Shown one piece after another: positions 27,300-35,459 of a stretch of 37,014 nucleotides of DNA. How positions within the stretch are numbered: position 1 is the first letter of the stretch; every line of letters starts with the position of its first letter. Both the position numbers and the translations under genes were made by a program. The stretch comes from an uncultured Candidatus Saccharibacteria bacterium (GTDB taxonomy: Bacteria > Patescibacteriota > Saccharimonadia > Saccharimonadales > UBA10212), in the NCBI GenBank assembly GCA_964460855.1, contig CAYWQH010000004.1:1-37014 (forward strand), read 5' to 3'. The notes under the pieces were generated by a model, which was not told the origin of the DNA, ran no database searches, and was given only the letters and a program-made list of their open reading frames with translations.

Positions 27300-28325
27300 A
27301 TGAATATGTTCCGCCAGGCCGTCCGCAGCCTGACTATTAAATACCTGGCGGTAATAATGGTTTTGAGCCTGGTATTCAGCTTTAGCCTTTACCAGGTGGC
27401 CAAACGCGAAATTACCGATGGGTTGCAAGCCCAATATTCCGACCTTTACCGCCGGGGAATAGCTTTTAGGCAGCTGCCGGCAGACTTCCAGTATGTACTG
27501 CAGTCCGAAATAGACAGCCGCGACGACCGGGTACGCACTAACTTGATATTTTTTAACATGGCCGTGTTTGTGGGCGGACTGGTTGTGAGCTATTTGCTGG
27601 CCCGCGAAACATTGGAGCCTATCGAAAAAGCCGTGGAGGCCCAAAACCGGTTTACGGCCGATGCCAGCCACGAGTTGCGCACGCCGCTAACTTCCATGCG
27701 AACCGAAATTGAAGTCGCCCTGCGGGCCGGCAAATTAACGGCCGCCGAAGCCAAGCAGCTGCTGGAAAGTAATCTCGAAGAAGTAACCCACCTGGAAAGT
27801 TTAGTTAACGGCTTGTTAACGCTATCACGGATGCCCAGCGGCGAAGTATCCGGTACTTTTAAAAAAGTGGACGTGCGTAAAATTGTAAATGCCGCCGCCG
27901 AAAAATTTAAACAAGCTTCAGCCGAGCGGAATATTCCGCTGGCGGTAACTTCCGGGCCCGCAGCATACTCAAGCGGTGATGCCACCAGCTTGCAACAACT
28001 TTTTACCATACTCATCGACAACGCTTTTAAATACAGCCCCGATAAATCCCGTATAGATATTTCAATAAGTGTAGAAACCAAAAAAGTAACGGTGAAAGTT
28101 ACAGACCAGGGCATAGGCATTAAAGCCACCGATATTCCGCATGTTTTTGAAAGGTTTTTCCGGGCGGACAACAGCCGCAGTAAAGTATCTGCCAGCGGCT
28201 ACGGCTTAGGCCTGTCTATTGCACGGCAAATCGCCGATCTTCATAAAGGTTCCGTGCAAGTCGATAGCCAATACGACAAAGGCTCGACTTTTACTGTTAC
28301 TTTGCCGGCGTTTGCCAAATCTTAA
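27300..28325 (+). CDS. Sensor histidine kinase with two TM helices and a short extracytoplasmic loop
   Basis: ADASHELRTPL (H box), LIDNAFKY, DQGIGI, FERFFR, GYGLGLSI. Confidence 0.95.
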   Translation: MNMFRQAVRSLTIKYLAVIMVLSLVFSFSLYQVAKREITDGLQAQYSDLYRRGIAFRQLPADFQYVLQSEIDSRDDRVRTNLIFFNMAVFVGGLVVSYLLARETLEPIEKAVEAQNRFTADASHELRTPLTSMRTEIEVALRAGKLTAAEAKQLLESNLEEVTHLESLVNGLLTLSRMPSGEVSGTFKKVDVRKIVNAAAEKFKQASAERNIPLAVTSGPAAYSSGDATSLQQLFTILIDNAFKYSPDKSRIDISISVETKKVTVKVTDQGIGIKATDIPHVFERFFRADNSRSKVSASGYGLGLSIARQIADLHKGSVQVDSQYDKGSTFTVTLPAFAKS

Positions 28326-28353
28326 GCAATCTCTCAGTTGAGTAGCCCAGAAT
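28321..28353 (+). promoter_or_regulatory. Second candidate response-regulator box, before the ABC permease
   Basis: CTTAAG caatc TCTCAG (28321-28337), then CAGAAT 10 nt downstream. Confidence 0.55.
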
Positions 28354-28374
28354 TCACCAATAAAGGTTTTATAA

Positions 28375-29787
28375 ATGAATAGCTTAAGCCGGGGATTCCG
28401 AAACGCTTTCCGAAATTACATCCGCACTGTATCAATTGTTTTAATATTAGGCCTCAGTGTTGGCATGGCACTATCAATGCTGGTTGCCCGGCATGCCGTC
28501 CAGACTAAAATTGAAAACGTAAAGAGTTCAATCGGCAATACGATAAGTATCTCACCAGCCGGCGTCCAGGGTTTCCAGGGCGGAGGCGACTTACTAACCA
28601 CCGACCAATTATTGGCCATCAAAAATATAAGCCACGTCCAAGCGGTGCGCGAAACGTTAAATGACCGCTTGACAACCGATAATACCAACCTGGTTTCGGC
28701 CATCGAAGCCGGTTCATTTGGCCGCCGCCAAGCAGGTAATTCGGGAGTTGGTTTCCAGGCCCCGCGTTTTATGACCCAAGACAATAATGGCGGTACAGTT
28801 ACACGGACTTTTACGCCGCCGGTTTTAGTTACAGGTACGGACACTGTAGCTGATAATTCAGTGTTTGGCGGCGACAGCATAAAGCTGACTGCCGGCGCCA
28901 TGTTTGACCCGGCAACTACCGATTATGTCGCCGTCGTAGGCAAAGATTTAGCATCCAAAAATAATTTAAGCGCCGGCTCAACCTATACGGCATACGGCCA
29001 GACGGTAAAAGTAGTTGGCATATATGATGCTGGAAATACTTTTGCCAATGCCAACGCGGTAATGCCGCTGGCCGCGCTCCAAAAATTATCCAGCCAGGAT
29101 AAACAAGTGAATAACGCGACTGTCACGGTTGATTCGATAGACAATATCGACGCGGTCACCTCCACTATAAAAAGCAACTTAGGTGATAAAGCCGATGTTA
29201 CAAACAACCAGGAAAACGCCAAGCAAACCGTCCAGCCTTTACAGAATGTTAAATCAATATCTACATATAGTTTATTCGGCGCGATAATCGCCGGCGCCAT
29301 CATTTTGCTGATGACAATGGTAATGATTGTCCGCGAGCGCCGCCGGGAAATCGGCGTCATGAAAGCGATTGGCGCCACCAATTATAAAACAGTCACCCAA
29401 TTTGTGGCCGAAGCCGTTACTTTAACCGGACTAAGCTTAGCGGTGGGGTTGATTATCGGTATTGCGGCCGCCCAGCCTGTAACCCGGACGTTGGTAAATA
29501 ATTCGGCGGATAGTAGCTCAAATGCTGCTAACGCTACATTCCAGCGTGGGGCCGGTCCGGTAACTTTCGGGGCGGGCCAGGGGCCCAGGTTTGTGGCCGG
29601 CGGCCGCGGACTACGAGGGTTCGGCAATAATAACGTCAATAATATCCGCAACGTAAAAGCATCAATCAGCCCGGCGATAGTGGCATACGGAATTGGAGTG
29701 GCCTTATTAATCGCGGTTATAGGCAGCGCCGTGCCGGCCTATATTATCGGCAAAATCCGCCCGGCAGAAGTATTGAGGGCCGAATAA
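28375..29787 (+). CDS. MacB/FtsX-family ABC transporter permease
   Basis: TM1, large extracytoplasmic domain, ERRREIGVMKAIGA, QFVAEA, PAEVLRAE. Confidence 0.92.
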   Translation: MNSLSRGFRNAFRNYIRTVSIVLILGLSVGMALSMLVARHAVQTKIENVKSSIGNTISISPAGVQGFQGGGDLLTTDQLLAIKNISHVQAVRETLNDRLTTDNTNLVSAIEAGSFGRRQAGNSGVGFQAPRFMTQDNNGGTVTRTFTPPVLVTGTDTVADNSVFGGDSIKLTAGAMFDPATTDYVAVVGKDLASKNNLSAGSTYTAYGQTVKVVGIYDAGNTFANANAVMPLAALQKLSSQDKQVNNATVTVDSIDNIDAVTSTIKSNLGDKADVTNNQENAKQTVQPLQNVKSISTYSLFGAIIAGAIILLMTMVMIVRERRREIGVMKAIGATNYKTVTQFVAEAVTLTGLSLAVGLIIGIAAAQPVTRTLVNNSADSSSNAANATFQRGAGPVTFGAGQGPRFVAGGRGLRGFGNNNVNNIRNVKASISPAIVAYGIGVALLIAVIGSAVPAYIIGKIRPAEVLRAE

Positions 29788-30452
29788 TGATCGAAGTAAA
29801 ACATTTGAGTAAAACTTTTAAGTCGGGTGATAATGACATATCGGCTGTGAATAATATATCGTTCAAAGTTAAGACCGGCCAGTTCGCCAGTATTGTCGGC
29901 AAAAGCGGCAGCGGTAAAAGCACGCTGCTAAGTTTGCTTGGCGCGTTAGATACGCCGACAAAAGGCTCTATAGTAGTTGATGGCCAGGATGTCAGCCAGT
30001 TGAACGCCGGCAGTTTAACCGGCTACCGCAATAAATCGATCGGTTTTGTCTTTCAAAGTTATAACCTGATTCCTAACCTGACTGCGTTGGAAAATGTCAT
30101 GCTGCCGATGGAATTCGCCAAAATGCCTGTAAAGCAGCGCAAAGCCCGGGCGGCAGAGTTGTTAAACCAGGTCGGTATCACTGCCGATAAGCAGTCACGG
30201 CGGCCAGGCCGGTTGTCGGGCGGCGAACAACAGCGGGTGGCTATAGCCCGGGCCCTGGCTAACCAGCCCAAACTTATTCTGGCCGACGAGCCAACCGGCA
30301 ACCTCGACAGCCAGACAGGTAAAATGATCTTCAATTTATTGCATGACCTGGCCAAGGCCCAAAAAACGACGATTATCGCCGTTACCCATGATTCATCAAT
30401 TGCCGGCAAAACAGATGTTACTTACAAATTATCTGACGGCAAACTGGTCTAA
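29787..30452 (+). CDS. ABC transporter ATP-binding protein (LolD/MacB type)
   Basis: [46 protein letters not shown]. Confidence 0.95.
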   Translation: MIEVKHLSKTFKSGDNDISAVNNISFKVKTGQFASIVGKSGSGKSTLLSLLGALDTPTKGSIVVDGQDVSQLNAGSLTGYRNKSIGFVFQSYNLIPNLTALENVMLPMEFAKMPVKQRKARAAELLNQVGITADKQSRRPGRLSGGEQQRVAIARALANQPKLILADEPTGNLDSQTGKMIFNLLHDLAKAQKTTIIAVTHDSSIAGKTDVTYKLSDGKLV

Positions 30453-31195
30453 GCTTTAGCCGACAGGAAATTATCAAAACCTGGAGTCGCTAAAGCCTCA
30501 GTTTCATTAAGCATGGCGTAGCCTTCGTAGCCGGGAAATTTCCGTAATAAGGCGATGCCTTTATCGCCGCCCATCGCAAAAACAGCCGTTGCTAGCGCGT
30601 CGGCAGTCGTTATATCTGGCCCGATAACCGTTGCGCTTAACATAGGTGAAAGGCGGCCGTGAGGGTTATAAATATGCCGGCCGCGCTCATACTCACCAGA
30701 AGTCGCGATAGCGCAATCTTTTAGCTCGACAACTTTAGCATATTTTGCCGGTTGGGGCGGAAATTTTATGCCAACCCGCCAATATTCGCCTTTGTCGTTT
30801 GTACCGCGGGCGGTTATATCACCGCCGGCTTCAATATAATAATTTTCTGCGCTGCCGGCACTCAATATCGCGGCGGCTTTGGCGATAGACCAGCCTTTTA
30901 CTATGCCGGAGGGGTCGAGGCGCCCATTTCGCTGCGGGTCAAAATAACCCTGCGTACTTTCTTTAAATTTGTCGCTGAGTTTAAGCACGCCGCGAACTTC
31001 GGGCGACAACCCTTCATAGCTTAACTCGCCGCTATTAAGCCGGCTGATTTCACTATCGGGTTTATACGTGCTGAATAATTGGTCGACCTGCCGGAACCAT
31101 TCAAAGCAATTATTCACGAGTTTGGTGTGGCCAGGAAGGCTACCGGCAACCGAAATAGTTACAGGCATACCCATAATTAATTGGGTTTGGGTCAT
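30449..31195 (-). CDS. apbE: FAD:protein FMN transferase (ApbE family), short form without a signal peptide
   Basis: IMG, FSTYKPDSEISRLN, DPSGIVKGW, EAGGD, IATSGEYERGRHIYNP, ADALATA. Confidence 0.92.
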   Translation of the reverse strand: MTQTQLIMGMPVTISVAGSLPGHTKLVNNCFEWFRQVDQLFSTYKPDSEISRLNSGELSYEGLSPEVRGVLKLSDKFKESTQGYFDPQRNGRLDPSGIVKGWSIAKAAAILSAGSAENYYIEAGGDITARGTNDKGEYWRVGIKFPPQPAKYAKVVELKDCAIATSGEYERGRHIYNPHGRLSPMLSATVIGPDITTADALATAVFAMGGDKGIALLRKFPGYEGYAMLNETEALATPGFDNFLSAKA

Positions 31196-31689
31196 GTACT
31201 GGTAGTGGTTTGGTTACTGGCCGAAGATTTGGCGGCCTGGCTTAGTGCTGTTTGCAGTGACTGGACATAACCTTCGCTGGTACTGGTGGCGCCGCTGACA
31301 ATATCAACATTGGCACTTTGGGCCGAAATGGTTTCGCTCTTTAAAATTGGCTCAGCTATAGCCGATAGGCGGTAGCTGCGGTTAGCCTCTGACGGCATAC
31401 TTAAAAAACTGATGTCGCTAATTTTGCCGCCGCTGATGGTAGCTTTAACTTGCACGATACCGAAATGCACATCTACGGCCTGGCCTGTATAGCTGCCGTC
31501 TGATAAGTTGGCCGTCGAACTATTGCCGGCAGATACATTGCCAGTCGGGTTTGTTGTGCCGCCGCTATTATTGGACGGTTGCAATAAACTGGTTGCCGGC
31601 GTATCCGCCCCGGGCGACTGTTGCTTAACCAGCGCCGCCGCTATAACGACTATTGCGATGGCGAATATACCGATAATAGTTTTCTTCAT
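31192..31689 (-). CDS. Membrane-anchored FMN-binding (flavinylated) protein
   Basis: N-terminal TM helix, S/N/T/G linker, DGSYTG...FGIVQVKATISGGKI, flavinylation motif VDIVSGATSTS. Start at ATG 31689. Confidence 0.92.
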   Translation of the reverse strand: MKKTIIGIFAIAIVVIAAALVKQQSPGADTPATSLLQPSNNSGGTTNPTGNVSAGNSSTANLSDGSYTGQAVDVHFGIVQVKATISGGKISDISFLSMPSEANRSYRLSAIAEPILKSETISAQSANVDIVSGATSTSEGYVQSLQTALSQAAKSSASNQTTTST

Positions 31690-31698
31690 AGTGATAAT

Positions 31699-31731
31699 AG
31701 AATAATAACCCAATCTGAATTTTTGCTGAGC
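31699..31731 (-). promoter_or_regulatory. Third candidate response-regulator box, before the FMN-binding/apbE operon
   Basis: Minus strand GCTCAG caaaa ATTCAG (31731-31715), then TATTCT 10 nt downstream. Confidence 0.55.
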
Positions 31732-31760
31732 GCCAAAGGCCCCCTGCTACAATTGGATAG

Positions 31761-32144
31761 ATGTTTACTATCAGCAATCATGAATTTGAGGAAATTGTCG
31801 GCCAGGCTATAGCTAGTATAAAAGAACCCTATAGCCGTTACCTGCAAAACGTGGCTTTTATTGTCGAGGACGAGCCATCGGCCGATCAGCGCCGTAAACT
31901 AGGTTTGCATTGCAACCAAACGTTATTTGGCTTGTACGAAGGCGTGCCGCTGCCGGCCCGTAACGGCACAACCAAAATTTTACCCGACAAAATAACAGTA
32001 TTTAAGTTACCAATAGAATCGGTAAGCTCTAATTTAGACGATATAAAAGAGCAGGTCAGGCACACAATTTGGCACGAAGTGGCCCATTATTACGGGCTCG
32101 ACCACGACCGTATACACCAACTGGAACGGCCCCGGCAAGCGTGA
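31761..32144 (+). CDS. Zincin-like metallopeptidase family protein (Zincin_1/DUF1025)
   Basis: NVAFIVEDEP, LFGLYEGVPL, PDKITVF, HEVAHYYG. Confidence 0.9.
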   Translation: MFTISNHEFEEIVGQAIASIKEPYSRYLQNVAFIVEDEPSADQRRKLGLHCNQTLFGLYEGVPLPARNGTTKILPDKITVFKLPIESVSSNLDDIKEQVRHTIWHEVAHYYGLDHDRIHQLERPRQA

Positions 32145-32211
32145 AATATTTAATAGCTAAGCCAAAACGAAACGGTATATTATAGCCTCACTAATTAATG
32201 GAGGTTAAAAA

Positions 32212-32364
32212 ATGCTTTTAACTGTCGCTGTAATCTTAGGCATTCTGTGGCTTCTGGGCTGGCTTGGCAATATCGGCGGTAACCTGATTCATATCGTACT
32301 TGTAGTGGCATTAATAGTCCTGGTCTACGACCTGCTGGTTGGCCGCCGCCGGGCTTCGTTGTAA
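32212..32364 (+). CDS. Small lmo0937-family (DUF5670-like) membrane protein, 50 aa; absent from the ORF track
   Basis: Own translation: MLLTVAVILGILWLLGWLGNIGGNLIHIVLVVALIVLVYDLLVGRRRASL; strong GGAGG SD. Confidence 0.85.
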   Translation: MLLTVAVILGILWLLGWLGNIGGNLIHIVLVVALIVLVYDLLVGRRRASL

Positions 32365-32371
32365 AGAACCG

Positions 32372-32605
32372 TTAGCTTTGTTCGGCGCGGACTTGTTTAT
32401 CGCGGGCCCTGTCTAGCTCTTCTTTTTTCCGGTTAACTTCAGCTTGCGCATCCTCTATCTTTCTTTGTTGGTCTTCTGCCTGGGCTCGCTTCTGCTCGGC
32501 TATTCTTATTTTTTCGTCAGCTTTATGACTCATTTCGTGGCGGATATGTTCCGCTTCCGCCATGTGCATCTGGGCTTGTCTTAGAAGTTCTTCGGGGCTT
32601 GGCAT
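32372..32605 (-). CDS. Small coiled-coil hypothetical protein
   Basis: 77 aa, E/Q/K/R/A-rich helical sequence; AGGAG SD upstream. Confidence 0.65.
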   Translation of the reverse strand: MPSPEELLRQAQMHMAEAEHIRHEMSHKADEKIRIAEQKRAQAEDQQRKIEDAQAEVNRKKEELDRARDKQVRAEQS

Positions 32606-32730
32606 ATCAAATCTCCTGTTAATTCATTATGGGACTTTACCAAATCCGCATAGTATTACGTAGTTAAATACTTAACTTACAGCCGCTGCGGTTTATTTCA
32701 GAATATAGTCATTAATAACTGAGGTTGCCT

Positions 32731-33174
32731 ATGTCTAGCTCTACCCACTGGTTCGATACTTTAGAAAAACCATCTTGGACCCCCGAAGAATTAAGCATCA
32801 GGTTGGTCTGGCACATTTTTTACCCGTTGCTGTACCTGGTTAATATAGGGGTAATTTACCATATGTTTTTTGGCGATTTTGGCTGGCGCCAAGCTGTACC
32901 ATTCTGGATAAATTTGCTTGTCACGCTTTCATTCATGCCGATACTGAACCGCTTCAGGAGTTTATGGCTGTCTTTATTTAACTTGATGTTGGTTTGGATT
33001 AGCATAATAGACTGTTTGGTAATCATCCATCCTTACAGCCAGATGATGTTCCTGGCTTACGAAGTTTACTTTATGTGGGCTACCGCCCTTGGCTTCTTAT
33101 TGTTCAAACTGGCCTGGCTAAACAGCCGCCCGGAATACGAAATAAAAATCGAGCGCCCCAAATTCGGCCAATAG
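32731..33174 (+). CDS. tspO: TspO/MBR-family tryptophan-rich sensory protein (divergent)
   Basis: WFDTLEKPSWTP, VWHIFY, about 5 TM helices, YFMW..A..L...LAWLN. ATG at 32731 after GAGG. Confidence 0.8.
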   Translation: MSSSTHWFDTLEKPSWTPEELSIRLVWHIFYPLLYLVNIGVIYHMFFGDFGWRQAVPFWINLLVTLSFMPILNRFRSLWLSLFNLMLVWISIIDCLVIIHPYSQMMFLAYEVYFMWATALGFLLFKLAWLNSRPEYEIKIERPKFGQ

Positions 33175-33213
33175 TTAGCCGCAGGCAGAGCCAAGCCGCG
33201 GTAGTATTTGGAA

Positions 33214-33242
33214 TTGCCAGCTCTGGCCGCTTGCATTACACT
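33214..33242 (+). promoter_or_regulatory. Promoter for the heliorhodopsin-like gene (probably leaderless)
   Basis: TTGCCA-17 nt-TACACT-7 nt-ATG (33250). Confidence 0.6.
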
Positions 33243-33249
33243 TGTATCA

Positions 33250-34077
33250 ATGACTAAAAAGGTGACCAAAACCATGAAAAAGGCTAAAAGGGGTGGCAAA
33301 TTGTCTATGGAGATGCTGCGCCGGGTCAACCTGGTTATGGCCTTGTTGCTGTTCGTAGAAGCGGTCGTACTTTTAATCATGCGCCACAATAACAGCGGAT
33401 TGCAGCCTATTTCCGGCCACTTCCTGGCAATCGATAAACTGGCTAGTAATAGCGCCGGCCATAATGTTTGGGTACCGGCCAGCAAGCACCTTTTTGACCT
33501 GAATATCGCTTACGTAATCGTAGCCTTTTTATTAATCAGCGCTTTAATAAGGGTCTTGATAGGCACCGTATGGCGTAAAAAATACGAAGCTGAGCTAAAT
33601 AACAAAGTAGGGCGGGCGCGCTGGCTGGAATTTGCGACGGCAGGTGGATTGTTGCTGTTAACGGTAGCCATGCTTACAGGTGTTTTGGACTTGGCAAGCT
33701 TAACTATGCTGTTTGTGATTAACCTGGCTGTTTGCATACTTGGCTTGGTTTGGGAATTTGCCCGGCCGGCAATCAACCCGGCTGGCCGCTGGGTGCCCTG
33801 GCTTGGAGTTGTATTAATCCTTACCCCCTGGCTGGTTTTAGGCAAATACTTATTTGATGCCATCCTTTATGGCGACGGACTGGCGCGTTATGTTTATGTT
33901 CTTGTAGCCAGCGTTTTTGTGCTGTTCTTATTGTTTGCCGCCAACGAATTTATGATGCGCCGCGGCCGGGGCCGGTGGGGCAACTATGTGTTCGGCGAAC
34001 TGATGTTTATTATTTTGAGTTTTGTAACATTAACGGCCGTAGCCTGGCAGGTGTTTGCCGGTATCTTAAAGGCTTAA
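33250..34077 (+). CDS. Heliorhodopsin (HeR) homologue lacking the retinal-binding lysine
   Basis: 7 TM helices; basic N-terminus plus LRRVNL; LFDLNIAY..AFLLISAL; RWLEF (HeR RWxEY); LTG..D; PW; YVY; GRWGNYVFGE..FIILSFVTLTAVAWQVFAG, versus HeR GE..YI.LSLVAKSxLAWQVFAG. Confidence 0.88.
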   Translation: MTKKVTKTMKKAKRGGKLSMEMLRRVNLVMALLLFVEAVVLLIMRHNNSGLQPISGHFLAIDKLASNSAGHNVWVPASKHLFDLNIAYVIVAFLLISALIRVLIGTVWRKKYEAELNNKVGRARWLEFATAGGLLLLTVAMLTGVLDLASLTMLFVINLAVCILGLVWEFARPAINPAGRWVPWLGVVLILTPWLVLGKYLFDAILYGDGLARYVYVLVASVFVLFLLFAANEFMMRRGRGRWGNYVFGELMFIILSFVTLTAVAWQVFAGILKA

Positions 34078-34082
34078 GCTAA

Positions 34083-34163
34083 ATGAGCGTCAAAACATTG
34101 GCGCCCATCATAGCGGTTGTCTTCGCGCTAATTGCCGCCGTGGCGGTAGTTTTAGCCCACTAG
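34083..34163 (+). CDS. Putative 26-aa single-TM micropeptide; absent from the ORF track
   Basis: Own translation: MSVKTLAPIIAVVFALIAAVAVVLAH. Fills the gap, 5 nt after the HeR stop and 8 nt before the next ATG. Confidence 0.5.
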   Translation: MSVKTLAPIIAVVFALIAAVAVVLAH

Positions 34164-34171
34164 TTTTTAAA

Positions 34172-35446
34172 ATGCCAGGTTTATACCGTTTAAAAATAGA
34201 TAAGTTGGTATTGGGCGGCCAGGGTATAGCGACTGACGCTGACGGCCGCAAAGTATTTGTTTGGAACGCTTTGCCGGGTGAAACGGTCGAAGCAAGTATT
34301 ATTAAGCGCAAGCGCGGCTACGCCGACGCGGTTGCCGAAAATATTATTACTGCCAGCGAGTTGCGGGCCGGCGCCAAAGAGCCCGAATATTTATCTACCA
34401 GCCCCTGGCAAATATTAAAATTCAGTGCCGAAAATGAATTTAAACGGCAGTTAGCCTTGGACGCCATGGCTGCCGCCAAAGTGACATTGCCCGAAGCCGG
34501 GCAGGTAATTACCGACCTTAAAGAGTGGCATTACCGAAACAAAATGGAATATTCTTTTTGGGGTGACGACCGTGGATTGCACCTAGCGCTTCATAAACGG
34601 GGCAGCCACACCAAACAGATAGTAACCGGCAGCCGGTTAGCGCTAGACGCCGTAAATGCCGCCGCCCAAGCGGTATGTGCCGAGCTACAGATACAAAACG
34701 CGCAAAAAAATATGAACATCCGGGCCGGAAATTTGAAAACAATAGTTGTTCGCTCCAGCCAAAATGGCTCAGCGGCGGCCAGCTTGTTCGTCAAACAGCC
34801 TGATTTTCCCCAAATTAACCTGCCGGCCGGTGTAAATGGCCTCAAAGTATATTTTTCTGACCCGCGCAGCCCGGCCTCGGTCAGAACTAACTTGATTTAT
34901 GAATTGGGCAGCTGCGATTTACAAGACCAGTTACTAGGGAAGAATTTCAGCTATAGCTGCGACTCGTTTTTCCAGGTAAATATACCGGTGTACGGGCTGG
35001 CGCTTAAGCGAATTAAGGAATTTGCTGGGGGCCATCTATTAGATATGTATGCCGGAGTCGGCTCCATCGGATTAAGTATGGGCGCCGATCAACTAAAATT
35101 GGTGGAACTGGATGCCGAATCGGCAGGCTATGCCGCCGCTAACGCTAAAGCAATATTGCCGGGCGCCGAAGTCATTAAGGCATCGGCTGAGAAGGCGTTG
35201 GATAAAATCGCCAAGGATACGACGATAATATTTGACCCGCCCCGGGCCGGCTTGCACCGCAAAGTAATCAGTAAGTTATTAGAAATTTTACCGCCCCGCC
35301 TGGTATATCTGAGTTGCAACCCGGCTACCCAGGCCCGCGACCTGGCATTGCTTTCTGCGGCATACAAGGTAGATTTTTTTGAGGTTTATAATTTTTTTCC
35401 TAAAACGCCGCATATCGAAACGTTAGCGGTTCTTAACCTTATTTGA
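34172..35446 (+). CDS. TRAM-domain RNA m5U methyltransferase (RlmD/TrmA family)
   Basis: TRAM (GGQG...VFVWNALPGE), YRNKMEY, SFFQVN, DMYAGVG, DPPRAG, YLSCNPAT.ARD, FFPKTPHIE. Confidence 0.92.
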   Translation: MPGLYRLKIDKLVLGGQGIATDADGRKVFVWNALPGETVEASIIKRKRGYADAVAENIITASELRAGAKEPEYLSTSPWQILKFSAENEFKRQLALDAMAAAKVTLPEAGQVITDLKEWHYRNKMEYSFWGDDRGLHLALHKRGSHTKQIVTGSRLALDAVNAAAQAVCAELQIQNAQKNMNIRAGNLKTIVVRSSQNGSAAASLFVKQPDFPQINLPAGVNGLKVYFSDPRSPASVRTNLIYELGSCDLQDQLLGKNFSYSCDSFFQVNIPVYGLALKRIKEFAGGHLLDMYAGVGSIGLSMGADQLKLVELDAESAGYAAANAKAILPGAEVIKASAEKALDKIAKDTTIIFDPPRAGLHRKVISKLLEILPPRLVYLSCNPATQARDLALLSAAYKVDFFEVYNFFPKTPHIETLAVLNLI

Positions 35447-35459
35447 GACAATTTAAATT

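Noticed and set aside
33208-33249. TTG start at 33208 for the heliorhodopsin-like gene (likewise 6849, 10491, 31713 for other genes)
   Set aside because: These upstream starts overlap predicted promoters or neighbouring genes. Downstream ATGs fit promoter or SD spacing better.
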